In this document: in pieces, positions 63,432 through 64,000 of the stretch
Layout of the letters: each line of letters begins with the position of its first letter
Position numbering within the stretch: the stretch's first letter is position 1
The notes under the pieces: model-generated
The model's input: the letters and a program-made list of their open reading frames with translations, nothing else
Database searches by the model: none
Told to the model about the DNA's origin: nothing
Assembly: GCA_945901855.1 (NCBI GenBank)
Contig: CAMDLT010000018.1
Location: 3,245-67,244, forward strand
DNA: 64,000 nucleotides
Source: Asaia bogorensis
Lineage (GTDB): Bacteria > Pseudomonadota > Alphaproteobacteria > CACIAM-22H2
Reading direction: 5' to 3'
Made by a program: the position numbers and the translations under genes

Positions 63432-64000
63432 TCAATCGTAAGCGCCCATGACGTGCTGGTCGAAATCGATGACGGACCCCGTCATCATTTCGCCGGCATC
63501 GGACAGCAGATGAATCGCCAGCGTGGACACGTCGTCGGGATGCAAAATGCGGCCGAAGGGTTGGTTTGGCGCCGCTTTTTCAAGCCAATCGACGGGCGAC
63601 CCGTCGCGCGCCTGGATCGCGTGCTCGCCCGGCGTTTCCATCCAACCGATATTGAGCCCGTTGACCCGAATGCGATCGGCGCGCACGGCATTGGCGACAT
63701 TTTTGGTGAGCACGGCGAGCGCGCCCTTCGAAGCGGAATAGGCGGTCAGAAACGGCTGCCCGCCATGCGCCGAGCGCGTGATGATGTTGACGATACTGCC
63801 CCCGCCGCCGCGCGATTTGGCGTGGCGCACGAATTCCTGGATCAAGACGAACGGCGCCCGCGTATTGACCGCAAACAGCCTGTCCCACAATTCGACCGAA
63901 GTGTTTTCAATCGTGCCGCGATCGGTGAGCGCCGCCGAATTGACCAAACCGTCGACGCGCCCGAACTCACCATGCGCCGTCGCGAACACATTGCGCACCT
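63432..64000 (-). CDS. SDR-family oxidoreductase, C-terminal part (gene continues past right window edge)
   Basis: VNSAA, YSASKGAL (YxxxK), RVNGLNIGW. The reading frame is open to the window end. Confidence 0.8.
   Translation of the reverse strand, partial: VRNVFATAHGEFGRVDGLVNSAALTDRGTIENTSVELWDRLFAVNTRAPFVLIQEFVRHAKSRGGGGSIVNIITRSAHGGQPFLTAYSASKGALAVLTKNVANAVRADRIRVNGLNIGWMETPGEHAIQARDGSPVDWLEKAAPNQPFGRILHPDDVSTLAIHLLSDAGEMMTGSVIDFDQHVMGAYD

Overview
High-GC (roughly mid-60s % by eye) chromosomal segment with alphaproteobacterial gene content and synteny: pcm-rhodanese-tolC-popZ(DUF2497)-valS, dacC-tmk-holB, and mfd-sdhE divergent from recG. I call 61 protein-coding genes (2 cut by the window edges), 3 tRNAs (Cys-GCA, Asn-GUU, Ser-UGA), one strong intrinsic terminator and a few candidate promoters and operators. 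I saw no rRNA, CRISPR, transposase, integrase, phage or recognisable defence genes. Many long ORFs in the track are antisense or out-of-frame artefacts of high GC, and several real genes start well inside their track ORF. Housekeeping genes (metG, valS, mfd, recG, holB, tmk, kdsB, ppa) are interspersed with accessory operons. The most noteworthy observations are: (1) an acyl-CoA synthetase / SDR / NIPSNAP / ACAD10-11-type dehydrogenase / APH-kinase operon that looks like a rearranged lva-type 4-hydroxyacyl-CoA (phospho-elimination) pathway; (2) an orphan CheB-CheR-PAS-histidine-kinase fusion whose H-box His codon reads Arg, divergent from a degenerate GGDEF/EAL-like gene that is translationally coupled to a D-threonine-aldolase-family PLP enzyme; (3) a DUF1537 kinase / PdxA2 operon ending in an uncharacterised TIM-barrel-cupin fusion; (4) an atzG/atzE/atzH-like triad outside any triazine context; (5) a PopZ homologue with homopolymeric runs of 22, 15 and 8 prolines; (6) an orphan cheZ translationally coupled to a small unknown ORF and a metabolic flavoenzyme. 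All domain assignments are by-eye motif recognition; nothing was searched against a database.
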